Shown: piece after piece, positions 1-12,361 of the stretch | Layout: the number at the start of each line of letters is the position of its first letter | Numbering within the stretch: position 1 is the first letter of the stretch | Source: Macrostomum lignano | Lineage: Eukaryota | Direction: 5' to 3' | Length of the DNA stretch: 64,000 nt | Assembly: GCA_002269645.1 (NCBI GenBank) | Contig: NIVC01000121.1 | Coordinates: 62,001-126,000, forward strand | Notes under the pieces: generated by a model | The model's input: the letters and a program-made list of their open reading frames with translations, nothing else | Told to the model about the DNA's origin: nothing | Databases searched by the model: none | Translations under genes and position numbers: made by a program

Positions 1-2330
1 CAGAATCCCAACCCTAAAAAACTCAAGATTTGAGAACAGGTCTTTTGATTAATAATTTATAGAATTAGTGATTACTTGAAGGTATTTTGCTTTAACTTGT
101 ACTTGTTATTAATATTTTTACATTATTTACTTTGTTGGTTACAAAACTTCATATCAATTTTGTTGTGTTTTACTTCTTGATCTTGACAATATTTTCTCAA
201 TTTTGTTTAACTTTACATGGACAGTACACTAAAAGACCTGATCCCAATTACCGAATCCCGATCTTGATCCCAATCCCAAGAAAAAAATTATTCCCAATCC
301 CGATCCCACCCAAAGACTTTAATCCCATCTGACCTCTACCTGGTAGTGCAATATTGGTGCCAAAGTCACTGGCCAAAATTGTTGGGGTCCCAGCTTCAGC
401 GGGATTGAAAGAAGCAAAGGATGCCATAGCTGAAAATGGGAGAAAGTGAGCTAAGTCACAAAAAGAGGAAAAAGAAAAAGAAAAGACTGTTAGCAACCAG
501 ATAATCCCCTGGCCTTCTAGCCCATTTGCATCGTCAAACACCTTACACATTATGGGGTACATTAAGCAGTACCATAGCTTGCAAGCTTGCAAGCTAGACC
601 TGCATATCTAAGTTCAGTCAAAGCTACTAGATAGGTTAGTAGCATTGGAGCCTAGTCAGTCCAGCAGCCCTAGGGTTTGCCTTGAACACATGCGGGGATG
701 AGTACCCCTAAGTTGACTTAAAGATAGTGTGGGGGGGTCTGCAGCTATCAGAGACAAACAGAGGGTATAGACCTCCCACTAGCCTTGACCTACTAGAGAT
801 ATGGGTAGGCATGAAGCATCGCAGACCATAGCCCATAGGCCTAGTCTTTCATACTTCCCTGGCATACTGAATATACCTTTGTATATTCTAGCCTATCCTA
901 GTTCTAATCATGCTAATAAGCTTATATTGTTATACAAGAGAAGTTTAGCCTTTTTTTAATAGTTGTATTTATTTCAAAGGTCCTATACCATTGCCAATAT
1001 AAAAAAATACTATTTATATGGTTTTGCCATATGTCTCTGCTTATTTCTAGAATAGATTATATAGTAGTTAGTATTATTGGAATTAGAAATATTCTACTAA
1101 ATGGCAATGTATGTGTATTCCATATGTATGTTCTTTATTCCTAAAGGCAAAGCATTTCTATTTTTATTAGTTAGCATAAGATTTTTAAAATAAACATTTA
1201 TAAATAAATAAAGGAACCTAAAAACATAAGGTTTTTAATAAGGTAATATATTTAAAAGCTTATAATAATTTCTTATTGTTCTTTATTTGTATATATTGGC
1301 AATGCTATGACAAAGATATATCTATGGAAAAACTTGTAAAAGCATATAGCTTTTAAAGCAGTAGAATATTTCAAATTGGGCTTCAGCTTTATTGCTTTTT
1401 GTTCCCTCCTTTTGCTGCACTAAAAGTCCTGGATGTGCATTTAAGTGTTGCTCAGAGGAATGTGATACACCCTTTGGGGGATAGGGCAGAATTGAGCTAA
1501 GATTTATGCTCAACTTTTATTGGCTCATGTGTCTTAGCAGTCATTTTGCAGCATTCACTGCAGCTAATTACCCATTTGTCAGCTACCACTTTGAAATTTT
1601 GTTAACTTGTTGACTTACTGTAAGTCTATGGTCAAGGTCCTGCTACATTTTAGTTAATAACTTTTGTTTCCATTGCCTGTTTTTAAGGATATTAAAGTTA
1701 ATATGAAGAAGAAAGTTTCCACTAAAAATCTGTGCAAAATTATGTTATTTAGATCAGTAGAACAAGAGATGTAGTGAAAAGTAGCACTACTTTTGGGGCA
1801 GCCCTCATAACTTCCTTTTTGTTTTCTTTCTCCTTTTTTTCTATTTCCTCTTCTATGAACATTTGTTTTCTTGTTTCCCCTTTTCCATTTTTCCTTTCTT
1901 GGAGTAGGCCTAGTAGCCTCTTTATGTAAAATGCAAAATGATAACAAAGTAAACATTTAGGTAATTTTCAAAAGTACGCATATATGTGCTACCCCCCCCC
2001 CCTGATTTACACTGACCATGAAACTCTGATCAACAAATGTGAAAGAAATGTAAGAAAAATTAACTTTAGTGGGTAAACAGTGGTAGTAACTATAACTTTA
2101 CTATTTGGGCTAAATGCCTCGTCATCTAATTAGTATTACGCCTGTATTTGTTCAGGTAGGCCCTTTACCTGGGGATTGCGCATGTATGAAACTATGAGCA
2201 CTTAAATTACATCTTACATTGTAAGTTGCATGAATAAAATTTTATAAGTAAATTATTTAAAACTATAAAAGACAGTACAACTATTATGCCAATGCATGCA
2301 TATTTCCCACTGTCAATCAAAACTAAAGCA

Positions 2331-5300
2331 ATGGCCGCCACAGCTGCATCCTATATGCCACATTCAAATTCTCAAAGTGCTGCTTCTGCTGGCACATTCT
2401 CTCCGCTGACCATGTTTGAGTGCACCATTTCTAGTGCCACTATGCTTATTGATAGCATGGCTGTGCGGGATCTGCTTTTGGCTTTTAAAATTGTTGCTCA
2501 GCTGCATGGCCACCTGTTAGAGGTGCTGGATCCCACTGTGCAGCGCTTGGCTAATGCGGCTGATGAGCACAGTTTGGTATGTTGTTTGGCTGAGACTGTG
2601 GGCAAAGGAAGCAACATTAGGGGGGGGAAGCAACAGTGGGGGAGGGAAGCAACAGTGGGGGGAGGGAAGCAACAGTGGGGGAGGGAAGCAACAGTGGGGG
2701 AGGGAAGCAACAGTGGGGAGGGAAGCAACAGTGGGGGAGGGAAGCAACAGTGGGGGAGGGAAGCAACAGTGGGGGGAGGGAATCAACAGTGGGGGAGGGA
2801 AGCAACACTAGGCGTGGGGAAGCAACAGTGGGGGAGGGAAGCAACAGTGGGTGAGGGAAGCAACAGTGGGTGAGGGAAGCAACAGTGGGTGAGGGAAGCA
2901 ACAGTGGGGGAGGGAAGCAACAGTGGGGGAGGGAAGCAACAGTGGGTGAGGGAAGCAACAGTGGGGGAGGGAAGCAACAGTGGGAAAGGGAAGCAACAGT
3001 GGGGGAGGGAAGCAACAGTGGGTGAGGGAAGCAACAGTGGGGGAGGGAAGCAACAGTGGGGGAGGGAAGCAACAGTGGGGGAGGGAAGCAACAGTGGGTG
3101 AGGGAAGCAACAGTGGGTGAGGGAAGCAACAGTGGGGGAGGGAAGCAACACTAGGGGTGGGGAAGTAACAGTGTGGGAGGAAAGCAACAGTGGGGGAGGA
3201 AAGCAACAGTGGGGGAGGGAAGCAACAATGGTTGTAGGGAAGCAACAATGGTTGTAGGGAAGCAACAGTGGTGGTAGGGAAGCAACAGTGGTGGTAGGGA
3301 AGCATATTTGTTAAACAAATGAAGTCATTAGTCAGGAACTCTGAAAGCCAAACTAATTGAAATTGTTTTTTTCTCTCACCCAGTGCCCTCCACCACCTGC
3401 CACGACTGCTGCTGCTGCTGCTGCTGTCCCGTCATCCGTAGCCATCGGCAGTGGGAAGCAAATCCTAGACGGCCCTAAAACGGAATCAATGCAGGAAACT
3501 TTAGCAGAAGAGCAGCTAGAAGAAGAAGACGACTGCATACTAATTGAGACAGATATGCGCCCTCTGTTCGATACAGGCAGCCAGCCGGCAGCCACCAAAG
3601 TGCCTCGACTGTCCAGCAGCAGTGAAAATGTCTCAATGACAATGTCCGACAATTTTCCAGGCGAATTATCTAACGAATGGAAGACAACACTTCGTAAAGC
3701 TTACCGAGTGTTGAAAGATGAAAGCGGTACCGATGTGTTCGATTTTAATTTGTCCTACTCTGCCGCAGCGAATGTTCGAGCGGCTGCTAAGGTTATCGAA
3801 CGGGCGCTCGAGCTGGGTCCGCACAAACCGGCTAACATAGCCGCTTGGCACAGTGAGAATTTTTCAGTTTTTGTTTGTCTTCTGAAGAATATAGTAATAG
3901 CTATTCAAGTGAGATGTGACTCTAATTCATGTAAGATGTGACTCTAATTCAAGTGAGATGTGACTCTGATTCATGTGAGATGTGACTCTGATTCAAGTGA
4001 GATGTGACTCTAATTCAAGTGAGATGTGACTCTGATTCAAGTGAGATGTGACTCTGATTCAAGTGAGATGTGACTCTGATTCATGTGAGATGTGACTCTG
4101 ATTCATGTGAGATGTGACTAATTCATGTGAGATGTGACTCTGATTCATGTGATATGTGACTAATTCATGTGATATGTGACTCTGATTCATGTGAGATGTG
4201 ACTCTAATTCATGTGATATGTGACTAATTCATGTGAGATGTGACTCTGATTCATGTGAGATGTGACTCTGATTCAAGTGAGATGTGACTCTGATTCATGT
4301 GTGATGTGACTCTGATTCATGTGAGATGTGACTCTGATTCAAGTGAGATGTGACTCCGATTCATGTGAGATGTGACTCTGATTCAAGTGAGATGTGACTC
4401 TGATTCATGTGTGATGTGACTCTTATTCATGTGAGATGTGACTCTAATTCATGTGAGATGTGACTCTTATTCATGTGAGATGTGACTCTTATTCATGTGA
4501 GATGTGACTCTAATTCATGTGAGATGTGACTCTGATTCAAGTGAGATGTGACTCTGATTCATGTGTGATGTGACTCTTATTCATGTGAGATGTGACTCTA
4601 ATTCATGTGAGATGTGACTCTGATTCAAGTGAAATGTGACTCTGATTCAAGTGAGATGTGACTCCGATTCATGTGAGATGTGACTCTGATTCATGTGAGA
4701 TGTGACTCTGATTCATGTGAGATGTGACTCTGATTCAAGTGAGATGTGACTCCGATTCATGTGAGATGTGACTCTGATTCAAGTGAGATGTGACTCTGAT
4801 TCATGTGTGATGTGACTCTTATTCATGTGAGATGTGACTCTAATTCATGTGAGATGTGACTCTTATTCAAGTGAGATGTGACTCTGATTCATGTGAGATG
4901 TGACTCTAATTCATGTGAGATGTGACTCTTATTCATGTGAGATGTGACTCTTATTCATGTGAGATGTGACTCTAATTCATGTGAGATGTGACTCTGATTC
5001 AAGTGAGATGTGACTCTGATTCATGTGTGATGTGACTCTTATTCATGTGAGATGTGACTCTAATTCATGTGAGATGTGACTCTGATTCAAGTGAGATGTG
5101 ACTCCGATTCATGTGAGATGTGACTCTGATTCATGTGAGATGTGACTCTGATTCATGTGAGATGTGACGTTGATTCAAGTGAGATGTGACTCTGATTCAA
5201 GTGAGTTGTGACTCTGATTCATGTGAGATGTGACTCTTATTCATGTGAGGTGTGACTCTGATTCATGTGAGATGTGACTCTGATTCATGTGTGATGTGAC

Positions 5301-8300
5301 TCTGATTCATGTGAAATGTGACTCTAATTCATGTGAGATGTGACTCTGATTCATGTGAGATAAAACGCTTCAAAGTGATTATTGGGCGACTCTTTGACAA
5401 CTTTTTGGCGGCTTGTACCGTGACATCTTGTTTGAGTGTGTCGTCTAAAAAAGTCACTTCTTTCCTTTTTTACCTGCTAACACCTGCAACGAATCTGGGG
5501 CGATGCAAATGGCTCTGGGACGCTTCTTGGCGTAGGTGTCTGTTTCATCGGCTTTAGTAGTTTAAAGTCCCAAAGTTTAAATAAAAAAAAAATGTGTGCA
5601 TTTCTAATTTAAGTAGTGCATTTAAGCTAATGTAGCGAAATTTGCGCATTGCAAGGCCGTTTAAAATATTTTTTCGTTCTTTACTTGTTTTGTTTCATAA
5701 CGTTTTAATAGTGCAATCTGTTACTAGTTGCACTCAAATTCATTTGTATGATTATAATCAACTAATTAGCTTAATATTTCGGGTAATCCACTGTTTTAAC
5801 AAAAATATAATGCCTCATATTTTATCCTACTTATAGTAGTTCTAGATCTGGAAAAAACATTTTGCGCAGATTTTGTCAATTAGCTTGTCATGTATGTTGT
5901 TTTTTAATTAACTATATAGATTCGAAAATTGTTGTGCAATAAAATAATCTGTTTGCAGGTGTGGCTGGTGCCTACGTTGCCAGGTGGTTTCGTTGCAATC
6001 TGAAGCCAAGCGCTAAGAGAGCTCAAAACCAACTGAGAATTGATGCTACAGTCGCCAAAGTGCGCAGCGTTGCTGTTGTAAGCCTCCTAACTTATCTATG
6101 TCTTTTAGAAAAATACTTTTGTTATAATCGTAGTCGTTTGTTTTGAAGGCCGATTTTTCGCTACATTTTTTGGTCTCGGGTTTGTTTTGTTTGTTTTCTT
6201 CTGTTGATTCCAGATTTAATGACGATTTGCGATTCTGAATTCTAGGGTCTAGCAATATTTACATGCAGAATTACTACACTTGGACGTTGAAGCCTTGCGC
6301 TAAAAAACGACGCTTGCAAGTACAAGTCCAGAAGTCGTTTGATCGGCAGAAGAACATTTTTTTTGTAAGCTGGGTTCGTTTAAGATTTTGGGCCGTGTGT
6401 GTTATATTTATATTTTAGCCTTATAAAGCTATTTACGCTACATATCGGTAAGATTGGTACTTTGTTAAATAAGTTCTTCCGTGACAAGAATCGCTAAAGA
6501 TTAATTGCCATCACCTCACTAGTGACTCTAGCGTCTCTGAGGCGACTCTTGCGACTTTTTAATGACGTCATCACGCCAGTTGCAGAATCGTGAAAGAGTC
6601 ACGAAAAAGTTGTGTTGGCGCTTAACTTTCTACTGACTCAAGTAGACTGAATAGAGTTGATATAAATGCGCTTTAAACGCAACTCAGTGATTCTACAGCG
6701 ACTTGAACATGTCTCAGATACAACTCTACGGTCCCAGAGTCGTTTCAGAGTCGCAGACAATAAAATGCCTCAAATTGGCTCTCTTTGGCGACTTGTACCG
6801 TGACATCTCATCGTTTTAGAGTTGTCTGGAGTCACTTATTTCCTATTTTACCCGTGTTACCTGCAACCAGATTGAAAAGCCTCTGAAGCGGCGCAAGTGA
6901 CTCCGGGACGCTTCTTAACCTGGGTCATAGGCGTAGGAACGGGAATGGACAGTGGGGCCAGTAATGGTATCTGGCCCCTCCACATTTTAAATGTAAAATG
7001 TAGACTTTTTGCTGCATTGCATGAATGCATTTTGCTGCAGGGCGACAAAACATAGCGTCTGCAGCGCTAAAATGAGTGCCTGCGGCGCTAAAATGGGTGC
7101 CTGCGGCGCTAAAATGGGTGCCTGCTGCGCTAAAATGAGTGCCTGCGGCGCTAAAATGGGTGCCTGCTGCGCTAAAATGGGTGCCTGCAGCGCTAAAATG
7201 GGTGCCTGCGGCGCTAAAATGGGTGCCTGCGGCGCTAAAATGAGTGCCTGCGGCGCTAAAATGGGTGCCTGCGGCGCTAAAATGAGTGTCTGCGGCGCTA
7301 AAATGAGTGCCTGAGGCGCTAAAATGAGTGCCTGCGGCGCTAAAATGAGTGCCTGCGACGCTAAAATGAGTGCCTGCGACGCTAAAATGGGTGCCTGCGG
7401 CGCTAAAATGAGTGCCTGCGGCGCTAAAATGAGTGCCTGCTGCGCTAAAATGAGTGCCTGCGGCGCTAAAATGAGTGCCTGCGGCGCTAAAATGAGTGCC
7501 TGCGACGCTAAAATGAGTACCTGCGACGCTAAAATGAGTGCCTGCGGCGCTAAAATGAGTGCCTGCGGCGCTAAAATGAGTGCCTGCGGCGCTAAAATGG
7601 GTGCCTGCGGCGCTAAAATGAGTGCCTGCGGTGCTAAAATGAGTGCCTGCGGCGCTAAAATGAGTGCCTGCGGCGCTAAAATGGGTGCCTGCGGCGTCAA
7701 AATGAGTGCCTGCGGCGCTAAAATGGGTGCCTGCGGCGCTAAAATGAGTGCCTGCGGCGCTAAAATGAGTGCCTGCGACGCTAAAATGAGTACCTGCGAC
7801 GCTAAAATGAGTGCCTGCGGCGCTAAAATGAGTGCCTGCGGCGCTAAAATGAGTGCCTGCGGCGCTAAAATGGGTGCCTGCGGCGCTAAAATGAGTGCCT
7901 GCGGCGCTAAAATGAGTGTCTGCGGCGCTAAAATGAGTGCCTGAGGCGCTAAAATGAGTGCCTGCGGCGCTAAAATGGGTGCCTGCGGCGCTAAAATGAG
8001 TGCCTGCGGCGCTAAAATGAGTGCCTGCGACGCTAAAATGAGTACCTGCGACGCTAAAATGAGTGCCTGCGGCGCTAAAATGAGTGCCTGCGGCGCTAAA
8101 ATGAGTGCCTGCGGCGCTAAAATGGGTGCCTGCGGCGCTAAAATGAGTGCCTGCGGCGCTAAAATGAGTGCCTGCGGCGCTAAAATGAGTGCCTGAGGCG
8201 CTAAAATGAGTGCCTGCGGCGCTAAAATGAGTGCCTGCGACGCTAAAATGAGTGCCTGCGACGCTAAAATGAGTGCCTGCGGTGCTAAAATGAGTGCCTG

Positions 8301-11034
8301 CGGCGTCAAAATGAGTGCCTGCGGCGCCAAAATGAGTGCCTGCGACGCTAAAATGAGTGCCTGCGACGCTAAAATGAGTGCCTGCGGTGCTAAAATGAGT
8401 GCCTGCGGCGCTAAAATGAGTGCCTGCGGTGCTAAAATGAGTGCCTGCGGCGTCAAAATGAGTGCCTGCGGCGCTAAAATGAGTGCCTGCGGTGCTAAAA
8501 TGGGTGCCTGCTGCGCTAAAATGAGTGCCTGCAGCGCTAAAATGGGTGCCTGCGGCGCTAAAATGAGTGCCTGCGGCGCTAAAATGAGTGCCTGCGACGC
8601 TAAAATGAGTACCTGCGACGCTAAAATGAGTGCCTGCGGCGCTAAAATGAGTGCCTGCGGCGCTAAAATGAGTGCCTGCGGCGCTAAAATGGGTGCCTGC
8701 GGCGCTAAAATGAGTGCCTGCGGTGCTAAAATGAGTGCCTGCGGCGCTAAAATGAGTGCCTGCGGCGCTAAAATGGGTGCCTGCGGCGTCAAAATGAGTG
8801 CCTGCGGCGCCAAAATGAGTGCCTGCGGCGCTAAAATGGGTGCCTGCGGCGCTAAAATGAGTGTCTGCGGCGCTAAAATGAGTGCCTGAGGCGCTAAAAT
8901 GAGTGCCTGCGGCGCTAAAATGAGTGCCTGCGACGCTAAAATGAGTGCCTGCGACGCTAAAATGAGTGCCTGCGGCGCTAAAATGAGTGCCTGCGGCGCT
9001 AAAATGAGTGCCTGCGGCGCTAAAATGAGGGCCTGCGGCGCTAAAATGAGTGCCTGCGGCGCTAAAATGAGTGCCTGCGGCGCTAAAATGGGTGCCTGCG
9101 GCGCTAAAATGAGTGCCTGCGGTGCTAAAATGAGTGCCTGCGGCGCTAAAATGAGTGCCTGCGGCGCTAAAATGAGTGCCTGCGGCGCTAAAATGGGTGC
9201 CTGCGGCGTCAAAATGAGTGCCTGCGGCGCTAAAATGAGTGCCTGCGGCGCTAAAATGGGTGCCTGCGGCGCTAAAATGGGTGCCTGCGGCGTCAAAATG
9301 AGTGCCTGCGGCGCTAAAACGAGTCCTGACCCCCCAATTTTTAAAACGTTCCTACTCCTACGGCCTGGGTACCGTTTTCATCTGCTTTCTGTCTCTAAAT
9401 AGATTTCTAGAAAAAAATTAATTTTTTGGCCATGCAATGCTTACAAATTTTTTTATATTTTACTGTGAGTAGTAGCTAACTAATGCCCATTAAAAGTCAA
9501 CCTCAATTTTCAATTAACTTTCAGACGCCGCTAACAAATACTTTCATAGTTGGTATAATCAATTTTTGAAACGAAATTTCAAGGAGCAGCAGCGTAAAGG
9601 AAAGGTGTCATCTTTGATTAGGCTGCAGGTTGTGAGTTGCATCAGCCAATGAACTGCTGTCTGGGCCTGCATTGCAGTCTCATTTAACAATAATTTGTCA
9701 CTTATGTGCATGTCAGACTAAAGTTTTTTGTTCTAATATATGTACTAAATTTTAAAGTTGATGGGTTAATGTCTTTATGGTCTGTTGGTTGGCCTAATGT
9801 CCTAATAACCTGTAGGTTAATATCCTAATAGCCTGTAGGCTAATGTCCTAATAGCCTGTAGGCTAATTTTCTAATAGCCTGTAGGCTTATAGAAGCCTGC
9901 AGGCTAATTTCCTAATATCCTGTAGGCTACTGTCCTAATAGCCTGCAGGCTAATTTCCTAATATCCTGTAGGCTACTGTCCTAATAGCCTGTAGGCTAAT
10001 TTTCTAATAGCCTGTAGGCTTATAGAAGCCTGCAGGCTAATTTCCTAATATCCTGTAGGCTACTGTCCTAATAGCCTGCAGGCTAATTTCCTAATATCCT
10101 GTAGGCTACTGTCCTAATAGCCTGCAGGCTAATTTTCTAATAGCCTGTAGGCTTATAGAAGCCTGCAGGCTAATTTCCTAATATCCTGTAGGCTACTGTC
10201 CTAATAGCCTGCAGGCTAATTTTCTAATAGCCTGTAGGCTTATAGAAGCCTGCAGGCTAATTTCCTAATATCCTGTAGGCTACTGTCCTAATAGCCTGCA
10301 GGCTAATTTTCTAATAGCCTGTAGGCACTGTCCTAATAGCCTGTAGACTAATGTCCTAATATTCTGTAGGCTACTGTCCTAATAGCCTGCAGGCTAATTT
10401 GCTAATAGCCTGTAGGCTACTGTCCTAATAGCCTGTAGGCTAATGTCCTAATAGCCTGTAGGCTAATGTCCTAATAGCCTGCAGGCTAATGTCCTAATAG
10501 CCTGTAGGCTAATGTCCTAGTAACCTGCAGGCTAATGTCCTAATAGCCTGTAAAATGACGCTCTCACATGTAAAGCCTACTTCTCAATCGATATGGTAAT
10601 ATTTCGGCTTTAAACCTGACCCACTCTCCCTAACCCAGAAGCTGAACCGTCGCCAGAAAGCCTACGATTCGATCAGATCAGAGCTTGACCCCGCCACCCG
10701 AACCAAAATTGAGTCGGCAGTGCTCAATCGAGACTACACCAGCTCAGACGAAGAGGACACTTCGACAGCAGGCGACGGTGTTGATCAACAAACAGCCGAC
10801 GAGCAGAGCCAACCGCTTCGGGTTCGCGAGCTCATCTGGGAGAGCGAGGAGTTGCGTCAGCTGAAGAATCGGCTGGACTCCGTGGCAGCAGCCTCTGCTC
10901 CGGTTGTTCGTCGACAATCTGGCGTGTACTCTGATCGACCAGCGCCTGTTTACGACGGTTTAGACTGGGCTAGGAAGCCTGCTGCAGCTGCTGACAATAC
11001 TACTGCTGGAGCTAGTAGTAGCGGCAGTAACTAA
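2331..11034 (+). CDS. Paralog A: spliced gene for a ~409 aa protein with a C14orf93/DUF4616-like C-terminal domain. Exons 2331-2576, 3384-3852, 5959-6077, 10639-11034
   Basis: Donors TTG|GTATGT, CACA|GTGAG, GTT|GTAAG and acceptors CCCAG|, TTGCAG|, CCCAG| give phases 0,1,0 and 1230 nt in frame. The last exon reads KLNRRQKAY...LNRDYTSSDEED...LRVRELIWESEELRQLKNRLD...SDRPAP...DWA, which resembles the C14orf93 motif SDEED..R.P.WRS..L..LD..SDR.P (recognised from memory). It is clearly homologous to paralog B. Confidence 0.7.
2608..3302. repeat. 19-bp G-rich minisatellite (GGGGGAGGGAAGCAACAGT) in intron 1 of paralog A
   Basis: Direct tandem copies visible. Confidence 0.95.
3905..5360. repeat. 22-bp minisatellite (GATGTGACTCTGATTCATGTGA)
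   Basis: Direct tandem copies visible. Confidence 0.95.
6470..6924. mobile_element. Terminal fragment of a putative DNA transposon with subterminal GCGACT/GTCAC motifs; a diverged second copy lies at ~5360-5536
   Basis: Shared blocks TTGTACCGTGACATC...GTCACTT...CCTGCAAC...GGGACGCTTCTT in both places; ends in CTGGG (CCCAG on the reverse strand). No partner end was identified. Confidence 0.4.
6926..9362. mobile_element. hAT-like non-autonomous TIR element carrying an internal 21-bp minisatellite
   Basis: 16-bp TIRs CATAGGCGTAGGAACG (6926-6941) and CGTTCCTACTCCTACG (9347-9362), 14/16 matched. Flanking 8-mers ACCTGGGT (6918-6925) and GCCTGGGT (9363-9370) form an 8-bp TSD with 1 mismatch, the length typical of hAT. 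Confidence 0.7.
7060..9318. repeat. 21-bp minisatellite (GGCGCTAAAATGAGTGCCTGC), ~107 copies, inside the TIR element
   Basis: Direct tandem copies; source of the spurious 769 aa ORF. Confidence 0.97.
9800..10550. repeat. ~23-bp minisatellite with palindromic core TAGCCTG(C/T)AGGCTA
   Basis: Direct tandem copies with higher-order variants. Confidence 0.9.
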
Positions 11035-11124
11035 TCAATTGACTCTTGCTGAATCAGTTGACAATTTACTAATTTGAATTCCGGCAACCAAATGTCCTGG
11101 CTTGACATCAAGTAGTATTTTTCT

Positions 11125-11830
11125 GACCCCCAGCCGGTTTCTCCTGACACCCAACTGGTATCTCCTGACACCCAACTGGTATTTCCTGACACCCAACTGG
11201 TATCTCCTGACACCCAACTGGTATCTCCTGACACCCAACTGGTATCTCCTGACACCCAACTGGTATCTCCTGGCACCCAACTGGTATCTCCTGACACCCA
11301 ACCGGTATCTTCTGACACCCAACCGGTATCTTCTGACACCCAACCAGTATCCCCTGACACCCAACCAGTATCCCCTGACACCCAACCGGTATCCCCTGAC
11401 ACCCAACCGGTATCTTCTGACACCCAACCAGTATCCCCTGACACCCAACCGGTATCCCCTGACATCCAACCAGTATCTCCTGACACCCAACCGGTATGCC
11501 CTGACACCCAACCGGTATCTTCTGACATCCAACCAGTATCTCCTGACACCCAACCGGTATGCCCTGACACCCAACCGGTATCTTCTGACATCCAACCAGT
11601 ATCTCCTGACACCCAACCGGTATGCCCTGACACCCAACCGGTATCTTCTGACACCCAACCAGTATCTCCTGACACACAACCGGTATCTTCTGACACTCAA
11701 CCGGTATCTTCTGACACTCAACCGGTATCTCTTGACACTCAACCGGTATCTCCTGACACCTTGTATTTTCTGACAAGAAACCGGTATTTTCTCGCACCCA
11801 ACCAGTATCTTAGCATCCAACCGGTATCTT
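11125..11830. repeat. 21-bp minisatellite (CTCCTGACACCCAACTGGTAT)
   Basis: Direct tandem copies. Confidence 0.95.
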
Positions 11831-12361
11831 CTGATATCATTATGTCCGCCATGATGTTTAGTAGTCCTTTCTGATGCCAGGACATGAATTTTAATATTTT
11901 AAGATTTTTTAGCTAGTCTGTTTTTACGTTGTCAGTAACTAATAATTGATTAGTCATTACGTTTGGAGAAGTGCAATCCCAAAACCTCTTCGTTAAAATC
12001 GCCGTGTTTATTTAAAAATATGTATATACATGTATATCTACGAGTATACAGTTGTAAATAAGCTTTAGCTGCATTTTTATGTTTGTCTAACAGTAACTAC
12101 AAATTGACTGAAGTAAAAAGTGTTTAGCTCTTAAAGTGTTTAAATTCAGTGCATTTTGTAATTTGTCTAATTGCCAATAATTTTTGGCATTCATTTCTGT
12201 ATTGCTGAAATGTGTTGTAAAATTAAACGAATACACTGCTTTCTATTACTTACTATCTTTAACAATATTATATTCAGATTTCTCAGAACGAAGTCTCTGT
12301 GTTGTTAATCCTATTTGATTCTCTTTATGTAGTTTGGAATTCTTGTTGATGGTATCTGTTG

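Noticed and set aside
132-592. ORFs 132-332 (+) and 248-592 (-)
   Set aside because: No recognisable motif or splice support; they overlap a short CCCGAT-like low-complexity stretch and CpG-decayed sequence.
2286-3305. Read-through of paralog A exon 1 into GGKQQWGREATV repeats
   Set aside because: A strong GTATGT donor at 2577 and an in-phase acceptor at 3383 place the repeat in an intron.
6987-9296. 769 aa APQALIL-repeat ORF (and the SACGAKM ORFs on the other strand)
   Set aside because: It is the translation of a 21-bp intronic minisatellite inside a TIR element; the repeat is open in several frames and has no unique coding context.
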